In this document: piece by piece, positions 49,592 through 58,581 of the stretch | Position numbering within the stretch: position 1 is the stretch's first letter | Layout: each line of letters begins with the position of its first letter | Assembly: GCA_963778415.1 (NCBI GenBank) | Contig: CAVZUI010000002.1 | Coordinates: 124,643-188,642 of the forward strand | Source: an uncultured Acidimicrobiales bacterium | Lineage (GTDB): Bacteria; Actinomycetota; Acidimicrobiia; Acidimicrobiales; VFJN01 | Direction of reading: 5' to 3' | DNA length: 64,000 nucleotides | The notes under the pieces: model-generated | The model's input: the letters and a program-made list of their open reading frames with translations, nothing else | What the model was told of the DNA's origin: nothing | Databases searched by the model: none | Translations under genes and position numbers: made by a program

Positions 49592-50296
49592 GTGTCTATG
49601 CTCGCCGGCATGTCGAGGCCCCGCCAGGCGCGCAGCGTCGAGACCCGGGCCCGGTTGCTGGCGGCCGCGGCGGCCGTGATCGCCGAGCAGGGCATCGAGG
49701 GCGCGTCGGTCGACGCCATCGCCGAGCGGGCCGACCGCACGTCGGGCTCGCTCTACGGCCAGTTCGGCAGCAAGGACGGGCTCATCGTCGAGCTGCTCGA
49801 CGCGTCGAAGGACGTGGTCGCCGAGTCGATGTTCGCCGACATCGAGGCCGCGACCTCGCTCGACGAGCGCTTGGCCGCCCTGTGGCGGAACTTCGCCGAC
49901 CCGCCGGCTGCCGCCCGCGACTGGGTGCAGTTCGAGCACGAGATGTGGGTGTGGGCCAACCGCCCCGGCAACGACGGGGCCCGCGCCCGGCTCGCAGAGC
50001 GCTACCGGGCCGAGTCCGCGACGCTCGCCGTCGCCTTCGACGAGTGGGCGGACGAGGGGCTGATGGCCCCGCTCGCCTCGTCGCGAGAGGCCGCCACGAT
50101 GGTGGTCGGCACGCTCCTCGGCCTCGAGATGATCTACCGGCTCGACCCCACGGTCCTCGACGAGGCCGCCGTCGTCGCCTCGTTGCGTGGCGTGCTGCGA
50201 GCCCACGAGGGCGCACCCGCCGGCCGTCGCCGGTCCGCCCGAGCACGGCGCGCGCCCGGCCCGCCCGGTCCGCCCGGTCCGCCCGCCCTGCCCTGA
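49592..50296 (+). CDS. TetR-family transcriptional regulator
   Basis: ORF 49592..50296. HTH: TRARLLAAAAAVIAEQGIEGASVDAIAERADRTSGSLYGQFGSKDGLI. Intact. An AT-richer stretch with the imperfect palindrome GTAGCGCACGTTAC lies just upstream (49574-49587). Confidence 0.8.
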   Translation: MSMLAGMSRPRQARSVETRARLLAAAAAVIAEQGIEGASVDAIAERADRTSGSLYGQFGSKDGLIVELLDASKDVVAESMFADIEAATSLDERLAALWRNFADPPAAARDWVQFEHEMWVWANRPGNDGARARLAERYRAESATLAVAFDEWADEGLMAPLASSREAATMVVGTLLGLEMIYRLDPTVLDEAAVVASLRGVLRAHEGAPAGRRRSARARRAPGPPGPPGPPALP

Positions 50297-50333
50297 CCGC
50301 CGTACCCGACCCTTCACCCCTGGGGGACACGTG

Positions 50334-51541
50334 ATGCGACTCGACGAGATCGACCTGCTGGAGGACGCCTGGGCGCAGGGCGTCCCGCACGAGGCGTTCG
50401 ACCTGCTGCGGCGCGAGGCGCCCGTGCACTGGCATCCCGAGCCCGACGGGCCCGGGCTTCTGGGCGGTCACCCGCCACGCCGACGTGGTGAAGGCGAGCC
50501 GCGACACGACGACGTTCAGCTCCGAGCTGGGCGGCACGTTCGTCGACGACCAGACCGACGAGGCCCTGGCACAGATCCGCCTCACGATCCTCAACATGGA
50601 CCCGCCGAAGCACGCCCGCTACCGGCGCCTCGTGAGCCGCGGGTTCACCCCGCGGCATGGTGGGCCAGCTGGTCGAGACGATCGAGAAGCGGGCCCAGCG
50701 CATCGTCGACGACGTGGTCGACCGGGGCGAGTGCGAGTTCGTCGAGGACGTGGCCGCCAAGCTGCCCCTCGAGATGATCTGCGAGATGATCGGCCTGCCC
50801 GAGGCCGACTGGCACCGCATGTTCGAGCTGTCGAACATGCTCGTCGGCAGGGACGACCCCGACTTCCAGTACGAGTCCACCTCCACCGAGTCGGCCGCCG
50901 CCGAGATCTACGCCTACTGCGACGCGGTGGCGGCGGATCGCCGGGCGAACCCGCGCGACGACCTCATGACGGCTCTGGTCCAGGCCGAGGTCGAGGGCGA
51001 GCGCCTCGACGACCTCGAGCTCAACCTGTTCTTCGTGACGCTGGTCGTGGCGGGCAACGAGACCACCCGCAACCTCATCAACCACTCCATGCAGGCGCTC
51101 ATCGACCACCCCGACGAGCACCGCCGCCTGCAGGCCGACCCCGACCTGTGGCCCACCGCCGTCGAGGAGATGCTGCGCTGGGGCACGTCGATCCACAACT
51201 TCCGGCGCACCACCACGGTCGACACCGAGCTCAGCGGGCAGCCGATCGCGGCGGGGGACAAGGTCGTCCTCTACTACATGTCGGCCAACCGCGACGAAGA
51301 GGTGTTCGCCGATCCGCACCGGTTCGACGTCGGCCGCACCCCCAACGACCACGTGGCCTTCGGGGGCACCGGCGTGCACTACTGCCTGGGCGCCAACCTG
51401 GCCCGGGCCGAGATCCGGGCGATCATGCGCCAGCTCGTCGACCGCCTCGACGGGTTCACGCCCGCCGCCGAGCCCCGCCGCCTCCGGTCCGACTTCGTGA
51501 ACGGCGTGAAGTCGATGCCGATCACGTTCACCCGGCGCTGA
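50334..51541 (+). pseudogene. cytochrome P450, frameshifted as sequenced
   Basis: ATG 50334: MRLDEIDLLEDAWAQGVPHEAFDLLRREAPVHWHPEP. ORF 50485..52473 start: VKASRDTTTFSSELGG...ILNMDPPKHARYRRLVSRGFTPR. ORF 50657..51541: LVVAGNETTRNL...EEMLRWGTS, and the heme loop FGGTGVHYCLGANLAR. Shifts near 50460 and 50655. Confidence 0.85.
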
Positions 51542-51708
51542 CCCGGCAGCCGGGCGGCGGTCAGCCCGTCCGGGCATCGGGCTCGTCCTTCCGTGACGGG
51601 CACCCGGGGTTGGTGGTGCCATCCGTCGGCCGGAGCTGGGTGGCGAGCTCGACACCGCGCGGGACATCCCTTGCGTTCGAGTGCGCTCGAAGCGGTACAC
51701 CTGACGGC

Positions 51709-52473
51709 ATGACCGATCGACTCGACGGAACCGTGGCCCTCGTGACCGGCGCCAGCAGCGGCATCGGTGCCGCCACCGCCCGGGCGCTGGCCGCCGACGG
51801 GGCCGCCGTCGCCCTGGTGGCGCGGCGCAAGGACCGCCTCGACGAGCTGGCGGCCGACATCGGGGCGAAGGGCGGAAGCGCCCTCGTGCTCGAGACCGAC
51901 GTGACCGAGCAGCAGCAGGCGATCGACGCGGTCGAGCGCACCGTCGCGGAGCTGGGCCGGCTCGACACCGTGGTCAACAACGCGGGCGTGATGCTGCTGG
52001 GCCCCATCGTCGACGCCCCGGTCGAGGAGTGGGACCGCATGGTCGCCCTCAACCTGCAGGGTCTCCTGTACGTGGCCCACGCCGCGCTCCCGCATCTGCT
52101 GGCCGCGGCCGAGGGCGGGCCGCGCCGGGTCGGCGACCTGGTGAACATCAGCTCGGTGGCCGGGCGGGTGTCTCGGTCGGGGTCGGGCGTCTACAACCTG
52201 ACCAAGCACGGGGTCGGCGCCTTCAGCGAGTCGTTGCGCCAGGAGGTGACCGGCCGCCACGTGCGGGTCTCGCTGGTCGAGCCCGGCGCGGTGTCCACCG
52301 AGCTGGCCACCCACATCCGGCCCGAGATCCGTGACCAGGCGATCAAGCGCTTCACCAGCATCGAGCGGCTCGAGGCCGACGACATCGCCGACGCCATCTC
52401 CTACATCGTCACCCGCCCCCGCCACGTGGCCATCAACGAGCTCCTGGTCCGCCCCACCGAACAAGAGGGCTGA
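51709..52473 (+). CDS. short-chain dehydrogenase/reductase (SDR)
   Basis: ATG 51709 in ORF 50485..52473. TGASSGIG, NNAG, and the YNLTK (YxxxK) motif. Intact. Confidence 0.85.
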   Translation: MTDRLDGTVALVTGASSGIGAATARALAADGAAVALVARRKDRLDELAADIGAKGGSALVLETDVTEQQQAIDAVERTVAELGRLDTVVNNAGVMLLGPIVDAPVEEWDRMVALNLQGLLYVAHAALPHLLAAAEGGPRRVGDLVNISSVAGRVSRSGSGVYNLTKHGVGAFSESLRQEVTGRHVRVSLVEPGAVSTELATHIRPEIRDQAIKRFTSIERLEADDIADAISYIVTRPRHVAINELLVRPTEQEG

Positions 52474-52490
52474 GACCCCCAGAATCAGGA

Positions 52491-52539
52491 TTTCCCCCGC
52501 AGATTCGGTCGCTCCAGCGACCGAATCTCGCTGGGGAAA
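52491..52539. terminator. long bidirectional hairpin between convergent SDR and monooxygenase genes
   Basis: TTTCCCC-CGC-AGATTCGGTCGC-TCCA-GCGACCGAATCT-CGCT-GGGGAAA. A 12-bp perfect inner stem plus a 7-bp outer stem. T-rich on the 5' side and A-rich on the 3' side. Confidence 0.65.
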
Positions 52540-52557
52540 CGCGTTCAGGGTCCGGGG

Positions 52558-54518
52558 TCAGGTGAGGGTGTAGTCGGCCGGGTCGGGGGCCTTGGTGCGC
52601 TGCCAGTACTCGAGCAGGGTGAAGGGCCAGTTCTGGGACGACCCGCCCGCTGGCGTTCTTGTACCAGCTGTTCACGTCGCTGACGCCCCAGGCCATGCGG
52701 GCGTTCTCGGCGTCGACGCGGCGTTGAACTCGTCGTGCACCTCGGGCCGCACCTCGACGCGCGCGGCGGCCGCGGCCGAGCGCCATCCCGAGCAGGCCGA
52801 GGATGTACCGCACGCCGCACTCGGAGAAGTAGATGATGCTGCCGTTGATGACGATGTTGGTGTTCGGGCCGTAGAGGCAGAACAGGTTCGGGAACCCGGG
52901 CACGGTGACGCCCAGGTAGGCGCGGGCCTCGCCGTCCCACTGCTCGTGCAGGTCGCGCCCGCCGCGCCCCTTCACCGTCATCGGCGTGAGGAACTTCGAC
53001 GCGGTGAAGCCGGTGCCGTAGATGATCACGTCGACGTCGTGCGCCACGCCGTCGGCCGTCACGACGCCGTCGGCCGTGATCTCGCGGATCGCCGCCGGTG
53101 AGCAGGCGGACGTTGTCGCGCTTGAGCGCCCCCGCCCAGACGCCGTTGTCGCGGATCATCCGCTTGGCGCCGGCCGGGTAGGTCGGGCGTGCACGCCTCG
53201 AGCAGGTCGGGCCGGTCGGCGAACTCGCCCTTGAGGTACTCGGTGAACAGCATCTGCACCATGGCGTTCATCGGCCCGACCGAGCCCGGCTCGGTCCCAG
53301 TCGGGATCGACCCGCACGCTGTCGAGCGCGCCGTCGCCCATCTTCCAGAAGATGCAGAAGCGGTTGAACTCGCTGTAGGCCGGCACGTGCTGGTAGAGCC
53401 AGCGTCAGCCCGGCGGGCACGCGCCTCGTGGTAGTCGGGCGTCGGGCACCATCCAGGGCGGGGTGCGCTGGAACACCAGCAGCTCGGCGACGTCGGGGGC
53501 GATCTCGGGGATGAACTGCATGGCGCTGGCGCCCGGTGCCGATGACGGCGACGCGCTTGCCGGTCAGGTCGACGTCGTGGCGCCACCGCGCCGAGTGGAA
53601 CGCGGGCCCGGCGAAGTCGTCGATGCCGGGGATCTCGGGCATGTGCGGGCGGTTGAGCTGCCCGACGGCGCTGATGACGGCGTCGACGACGACGGTCTCG
53701 TCGCCGTCGGGCCCTCGCAGCTCGACGGTCCAGCGCTCGTCGTCGTCCGACCACGTGGCCGACCGCACCTCGGTGCGGAAGCGGATGCCGTCGCGCAGGC
53801 CGAACGCGTCGGCGCAGTCGCGGAAGTAGCCGTGCAGCACCGGCTGGGTCGAGTAGTGGAACGGCCAGTCGTGGCGCTGGGCGAACGAGTAGCTGAAGTT
53901 GTGGTTGGGGTTGTCGACCCGGCAGCCCGGATAGCTGTTCTCGTACCAGGTGCCGCCGACGTCGTCGTTCTTCTCGACGATCAGGAAGTCGACGCCCGCC
54001 TGGGCGAGGCGGTGGCCGGCCAGGAGGCCCGACATGCCCGCGCCGATGACGAGCGACGCTGAAGTCGGCATCGGGGGCGACGTCGTCCTTGTGCCACGTC
54101 GGGCCCGCGCCGGTCCTCGCCGCGATGGGACAGCTCCTCCTCGAGCAGCGGGAGGTAGGCGGCGACGTCGAAGCCGCCGACGGCGTGGCTCATGATGCGC
54201 AGCACGTCGGCGTCGGTCGGCGGGGCGGCCGGGACGCACCCGCCGTCGCGGAAGGCGACCAGCGTGTCGAGCGCCAGGGCGCGGATGGTCGCCGCCTGCT
54301 CGTCGGTGAACCCGCCGGCCGGCAACGCCAGCAGCAGCGGGTCGGGCCGGAGGTCGTCGCGGAGCAGCGACATGTCGCCCGTCGCGTAGGCGAGCGCCGG
54401 GAGCAGCGGTTGCAGCTCGGCGTCGGCCAGGAAGCGGCGGATCTCGTCGTCGGGGCAGTCGATCGGGGCGATCTCGGCGACGAACGGGCTCGTCGCCGAC
54501 GGGGTCGGATCGGGCACG
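52558..54518 (-). pseudogene. Baeyer-Villiger-type flavin monooxygenase with ~150-aa N-terminal extension (HAPMO-like architecture), multiply frameshifted as sequenced
   Basis: ORF 53268..54239: SLVIGAGMSGLLAG...GGTWYENSYPGCRVD...FAGPAFHSARW (FxGxxxHxxxW)...RVAVIGTG. ORF 52433..53062: VIIYGTGF...GFPNLFCLYGPNTN. The N-terminal extension is in ORF 53981..54754 (PFVAEIAPIDCPDDEIRRFLADAELQPLLPALAY). The join across 54071 is readable only with frame changes. At least 6 shifts. The start (GTG 54518) is uncertain. Confidence 0.75.
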
Positions 54519-54734
54519 GCGCTGACGGTAGCGTCATCGACCGGCCCCTGGCTCGGTGACGCGGGGAGCCGGCCGGGCGGCGGCCGACGGCCGGGCCACA
54601 TGGTGTCCGCCCGCGTTCGTGTTTGGCGCCGGCGGATGCGGGCGACCACACTCGACGGGTCACGTCCTCCCTGGTGGGGGCCGCAGTTCGGCAGAATGGC
54701 GTGGCATCGTCTCGTCCGCGGCCCGGAGGCCGGC

Positions 54735-55970
54735 ATGCGCACACCTCGCGGCAACGGCGCCGTCGACCTGACCGTCGTGGCCGTCCCGTTCTACTTCGGC
54801 GCCATGGCGCTCGAGCACCGTGCGCTGAAGCGACGCCGTGCGGCCGAGGGGCCCTCGGCGGGCGACTACGAGCGACGCGACACCCTGGCCAGCCTGTCGA
54901 TGGGGGTCGCCAGCCTGGTCGCCCCCCTGGTGATGCCGCGGCTGCTCGGCCCGGTCACGCCCGGGAAGGGCCGGTGGGGGAGGGCGCTGGTGGCCGCCAC
55001 CGTCGGCGGCGCCGCCGTCGTCACCGCGGCCGACCTCGTGGCCCGGCGCGCCGAGATCGCGTGCGAGCGAGGCGGGCACCGTTCCCCGACCGGCGGAGTC
55101 GGTGAACCCCGTGCTGGCCGCCGCCGGATGCGACGGCCTCCGAGCCGGGCGCGGCCGGGGCGCCGCCGTCGCGGTCCGCCCGCCTGGCCCGCATCTCCCG
55201 GGCCGCCCGTCGGGTGGCCGGCTCGGCGGCCGTGACCACCGTGGCCGCCGGCGTGACCGCGGCCGCCACGACCTGGGCCACCCGCACGGCCGTCGCCCGG
55301 GTGTGGCGGCGCTCGGGGCACCGGCGCGACCTCGGCGGCGGGCGCGCTGGCCGTCGCCGGCGCCATGGCGGCCTGGGACGCCATCTACTACTGGAACCAC
55401 CGGGCCATGCACGAGAGCCGGTGGCTGTGGGCGATCCACGTCGTGCACCACTCGAGCGAGCGCTACAACCTGTCGACCGCGCTGCGACAGCCGGTGGCCG
55501 ACGCGCTTCGGCATGTTCGTCCCCTACAGCGTGCATGGCGCTGGCCGGCTTCCGACCCGCAGCTGATCGAGACGGCCCGGGGCGTGAACCTGCTCTACCA
55601 GTTCTGGATCCACACCGAGACGATCGGGACGCTGGGTCCGGCTCGAGGAGGTGCTCAACACGCCGTCGCACCACCGCGTGCACCACGGCAGCAACCGGCA
55701 GCTACATCGACCGCAACCACGGCAGCATCCTCATCGTGTGGGACCGGCTCTTCGGCACGTTCCAGCGCGAGGACGAGCCGGTGGTCTACGGCCTCACCAC
55801 GAACATCGACACCTTCAACCCGGTCCGCATCGCCACCCACGAGCACGCCGACATCCTGCGCGACGTCGCCCGGGCGCCGACCTGGCGCGACCGGCTTCGG
55901 CTACGTGTTCCGGGGCCCGGGCTGGGCCTACGAGCGCAACGGCACGTACGAGCCCCTGCGCGCCGCCTGA
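54735..55970 (+). pseudogene. sterol-desaturase / fatty-acid-hydroxylase superfamily membrane protein, frameshifted as sequenced
   Basis: ATG 54735: VDLTVVAVPFYFGAMALEH. ORF 55365..55970: AAWDAIYYWNHRAMHESRWLWAIHVVHHSSERYNLSTALRQP. HHRVHHG is in ORF 55651..56016. ORF 55214..56011: NHGSILIVWDRLFGTFQRE. At least 4 shifts. Confidence 0.8.
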
Positions 55971-56069
55971 GCGCGCCGTCCCGTCGTCGGCCACCCGAGC
56001 CCGAGCCCTGAAGTAGAACGCGTTCTCGTCGCGCGCCATACTGGCCCCCGACCGGAGCAGGAGGGGCAC

Positions 56070-57245
56070 GTGCACCTGGCGTACACCGACGAAGAGGAGC
56101 AGCTCCGCAGCGAGCTGCGCGCCTACTACGACGAGCTTCTCGACGAGGACACCGTCCGCGAGCTGCGCCACGCAGAGGGCGTGGGACCCGTCATGCGCGA
56201 GGTCGTCAAGAAGATGGGCGCCGACGGCTGGCTCGGCATCGGCTGGCCCACCGAGTACGGCGGCCAGGGCCGCGGGCCGATCGACCAGTTCATCTTCTTC
56301 GACGAGTCGATGCGGGCGGGCGCTCCCGTCCCGATGCTCACGATCAACTCCGTCGCCCCGACGATCATGGAGTTCGGCAGCGACGAGCAGAAGCAGCGCT
56401 TCCTGCCCGAGATCCTCAAGGGCAACCTCCACTTCTGCATCGGCTACAGCGAGCCGGGCGCCGGCACCGACCTGGCCTCGCTGCGCACCAAGGCCGTGCG
56501 CGACGGCGACAGCTACGTGATCACCGGCCAGAAGATGTGGACCAGCCTGGCCAGCGACGCCGACTACTGCTGGCTGGCCGCCCGCACCGGCGACGAGGAC
56601 AGCCGCCACCGTGGCATCTCGCTGTTCATCGCCCCGATGGACAGCCCGGGCATCGAGCGCACGCCGCTGCACCTGCTGTCGTCGCACGACATCTGCTCGG
56701 TCTACTGGGACGACGTGCGCATCCCCGCCGAGAACCTGGTGGCCGGCGAGAACGACGGCTGGAAGCTCATCGTCAACCAGCTCAACCACGAGCGGGTCAC
56801 GCTGTGCAGCCCCGGCATGGCCGAGGCGATGCTGCACCAGACGATCGACTGGGCCCGCGAGACCACCCTGCCCGACGGCCGCCGGGTCATCGACCAGGAG
56901 TGGGTGCAGATCAACCTGGCCAAGGCGTACGCCGGGTTCGAGTTCCTGCGCCTGGCCAACTGGAAGGTGGCGTGGGACGCCACCCGGGGCCAGCTCGACG
57001 TGGCCGACGCCAGCACGATCAAGGTGTTCGGCACCGAGCACTACCTCGAGTCGTTCCGCCTCCTCATGGACGTGTTGGGCGAGCGGTCGTACCTGACCGA
57101 GGACGCTCCCGGCTCGCTGCTCGGCTCGCGCCTCGAGCAGATGTACCGCAGCCTGCTGATCCTCACCTTCGGGGGCGGCACCAACGAGCTGCAGCGGGAC
57201 CTGATCGCCGCGTTCGGCATGGGCATGCCGATGGCCAAGCGCTGA
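56070..57245 (+). CDS. acyl-CoA dehydrogenase (catalytic-type subunit)
   Basis: ORF 56070..57245 (GTG start), 391 aa, intact. CIGYSEPGAGTDLASL, ITGQKMWTS. The C-terminal FGGGTNELQRDLIA retains the Glu at the catalytic-base position. Confidence 0.9.
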   Translation: MHLAYTDEEEQLRSELRAYYDELLDEDTVRELRHAEGVGPVMREVVKKMGADGWLGIGWPTEYGGQGRGPIDQFIFFDESMRAGAPVPMLTINSVAPTIMEFGSDEQKQRFLPEILKGNLHFCIGYSEPGAGTDLASLRTKAVRDGDSYVITGQKMWTSLASDADYCWLAARTGDEDSRHRGISLFIAPMDSPGIERTPLHLLSSHDICSVYWDDVRIPAENLVAGENDGWKLIVNQLNHERVTLCSPGMAEAMLHQTIDWARETTLPDGRRVIDQEWVQINLAKAYAGFEFLRLANWKVAWDATRGQLDVADASTIKVFGTEHYLESFRLLMDVLGERSYLTEDAPGSLLGSRLEQMYRSLLILTFGGGTNELQRDLIAAFGMGMPMAKR

Positions 57246-57251
57246 GGCAGG

Positions 57252-57389
57252 CACAGGCCGAGCGGGAGGCGTTGCCGGGCCCGGCAGTACGGAATTTGCC
57301 CGAGAGCCAGGCCCCAGGAGGCCGGAGGGGACACAGGCCGAGCGGGAGACCGTTGGGGCACCGACAGTCGGATTGCGAGAGCCAGGGCC
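57252..57389 (+). repeat. ~80-bp-period tandem direct repeat x2 in the spacer between the two acyl-CoA dehydrogenase genes
   Basis: Unit 1, 57252-57313: CACAGGCCGAGCGGGAGGCGTTGCCGGGCCCGGCAGTACGGAATTTGCCCGAGAGCCAGGCC. Unit 2, 57332-57389: CACAGGCCGAGCGGGAGACCGTTGGGGCACCGACAGTCGGATTGCGAGAGCCAGGGCC. Confidence 0.8.
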
Positions 57390-57404
57390 ACGCGAGCTGC
57401 CGAC

Positions 57405-58535
57405 ATGGACTTCGACCTGAGCGACGAGCAGCAGGCCACGATCGACGTGGCCGCCAAGCTGCTGGGCGACAAGAGCACACCCGAGGCCATCCGGGCCGTC
57501 GAGCAGGCCGACGACCTGCGCTTCGACCGCGACCTGTGGGCCGCCATGGCCGACGCCGGGCTGCTCGGCATCGCGGTTCCGGCCGAGCACGGGGGCGCCG
57601 GCCTCGGCGTGCTCGAGGTGGCGATGGTGCTGGAGGAGGTGGGCCGGCGCACCGCCCCGGTCCCCGCGCTCGCCACGCTCGCGCTCGGCGCCCTGCCGGT
57701 GGCCCGCTTCGGCACGGCCGACCAGCAGGCGGCGCTCCTGCCCGGCGTCGTCGCCGGGACGACCGTCCTGACCGCGGCGCTGACCGAGCCGCTCGGCGAT
57801 CCCGCCCGGCCGTCGACCGTGACCGCGAGCCGGGACGGCGACGCCTGGGTGCTCGACGGCACCCGCACCAACGTCCCCGCCGGGTTGGTCGCCGACACGA
57901 TCGTCGTCCCGGCCACGACCGACGGCGGCGACGTCGCACTGTTCCTCGTGCCGGCCGCCGCCGACGGGGTGACCCGCGACCGGCAGGACACGACGTCGGG
58001 CACGCCCGACGCCCTGGTCACGCTGGCGGGGGTCCGTCTGGGCGACGACGCCGTCCTCGGTCCGGTCGACGACGGCTCGGCGCTGCGCTGGCTCCTCGAG
58101 CACGCCACGGTGGCGGCCTGCGCGGTCATGGCCGGCCTCACGGCCGAGGCGGTGCGGATCACCGGCGAGTACACGACCAGCCGTGAGCAGTTCGGCCGGC
58201 CCATCGCCACGTTCCAGGCGGTCGGCCAGCGGGCCGCCGACGCCTACGTCGACGCCCAGACCATCCGGCTGACGATGCTGCAGGCCGCCTGGCGGCTGGC
58301 CAACGACGCCCCGGCCGACCGCGAGGTGGCGGTGGCCAAGTACTTCGCCTCGCTCGGCGGGCACCGCGTCGTCCACGCCGCCGCCCACCTGCACGGGGGC
58401 ATGGGCGTCGACCGCGACTACCCGCTGCACCGCTACTTCCTGCTGGCCAAGCAGCTGGAGCTGGCCTTCGGAGGGGAGAGCCGGCAGCTCCTGGCGCTCG
58501 GTGGCATCCTCGCCGCCGAGGGCTCCCAGCGGTGA
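57405..58535 (+). CDS. acyl-CoA dehydrogenase family protein (second, probably non-catalytic-type subunit)
   Basis: ORF 57405..58535, 376 aa, intact. ACAD fold: REQFGRPIATFQAVGQRAADAY. The C-terminal FGGESRQLLALG has Arg where the first gene has the catalytic Glu. Confidence 0.85.
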   Translation: MDFDLSDEQQATIDVAAKLLGDKSTPEAIRAVEQADDLRFDRDLWAAMADAGLLGIAVPAEHGGAGLGVLEVAMVLEEVGRRTAPVPALATLALGALPVARFGTADQQAALLPGVVAGTTVLTAALTEPLGDPARPSTVTASRDGDAWVLDGTRTNVPAGLVADTIVVPATTDGGDVALFLVPAAADGVTRDRQDTTSGTPDALVTLAGVRLGDDAVLGPVDDGSALRWLLEHATVAACAVMAGLTAEAVRITGEYTTSREQFGRPIATFQAVGQRAADAYVDAQTIRLTMLQAAWRLANDAPADREVAVAKYFASLGGHRVVHAAAHLHGGMGVDRDYPLHRYFLLAKQLELAFGGESRQLLALGGILAAEGSQR

Positions 58536-58581
58536 CCCCCGCGCCGTCCGGAGCGCCGGCCGCCAGACGGCGGGGCGCACG

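Noticed and set aside
51590-51700. Possible third, inverted copy of the family-2 repeat between the P450 and SDR genes (shared words GTCGGCCGG, AGCTGGG, GAGCGC)
   Set aside because: Identity is too low and patchy to distinguish from chance in GC-rich DNA without a statistical alignment.
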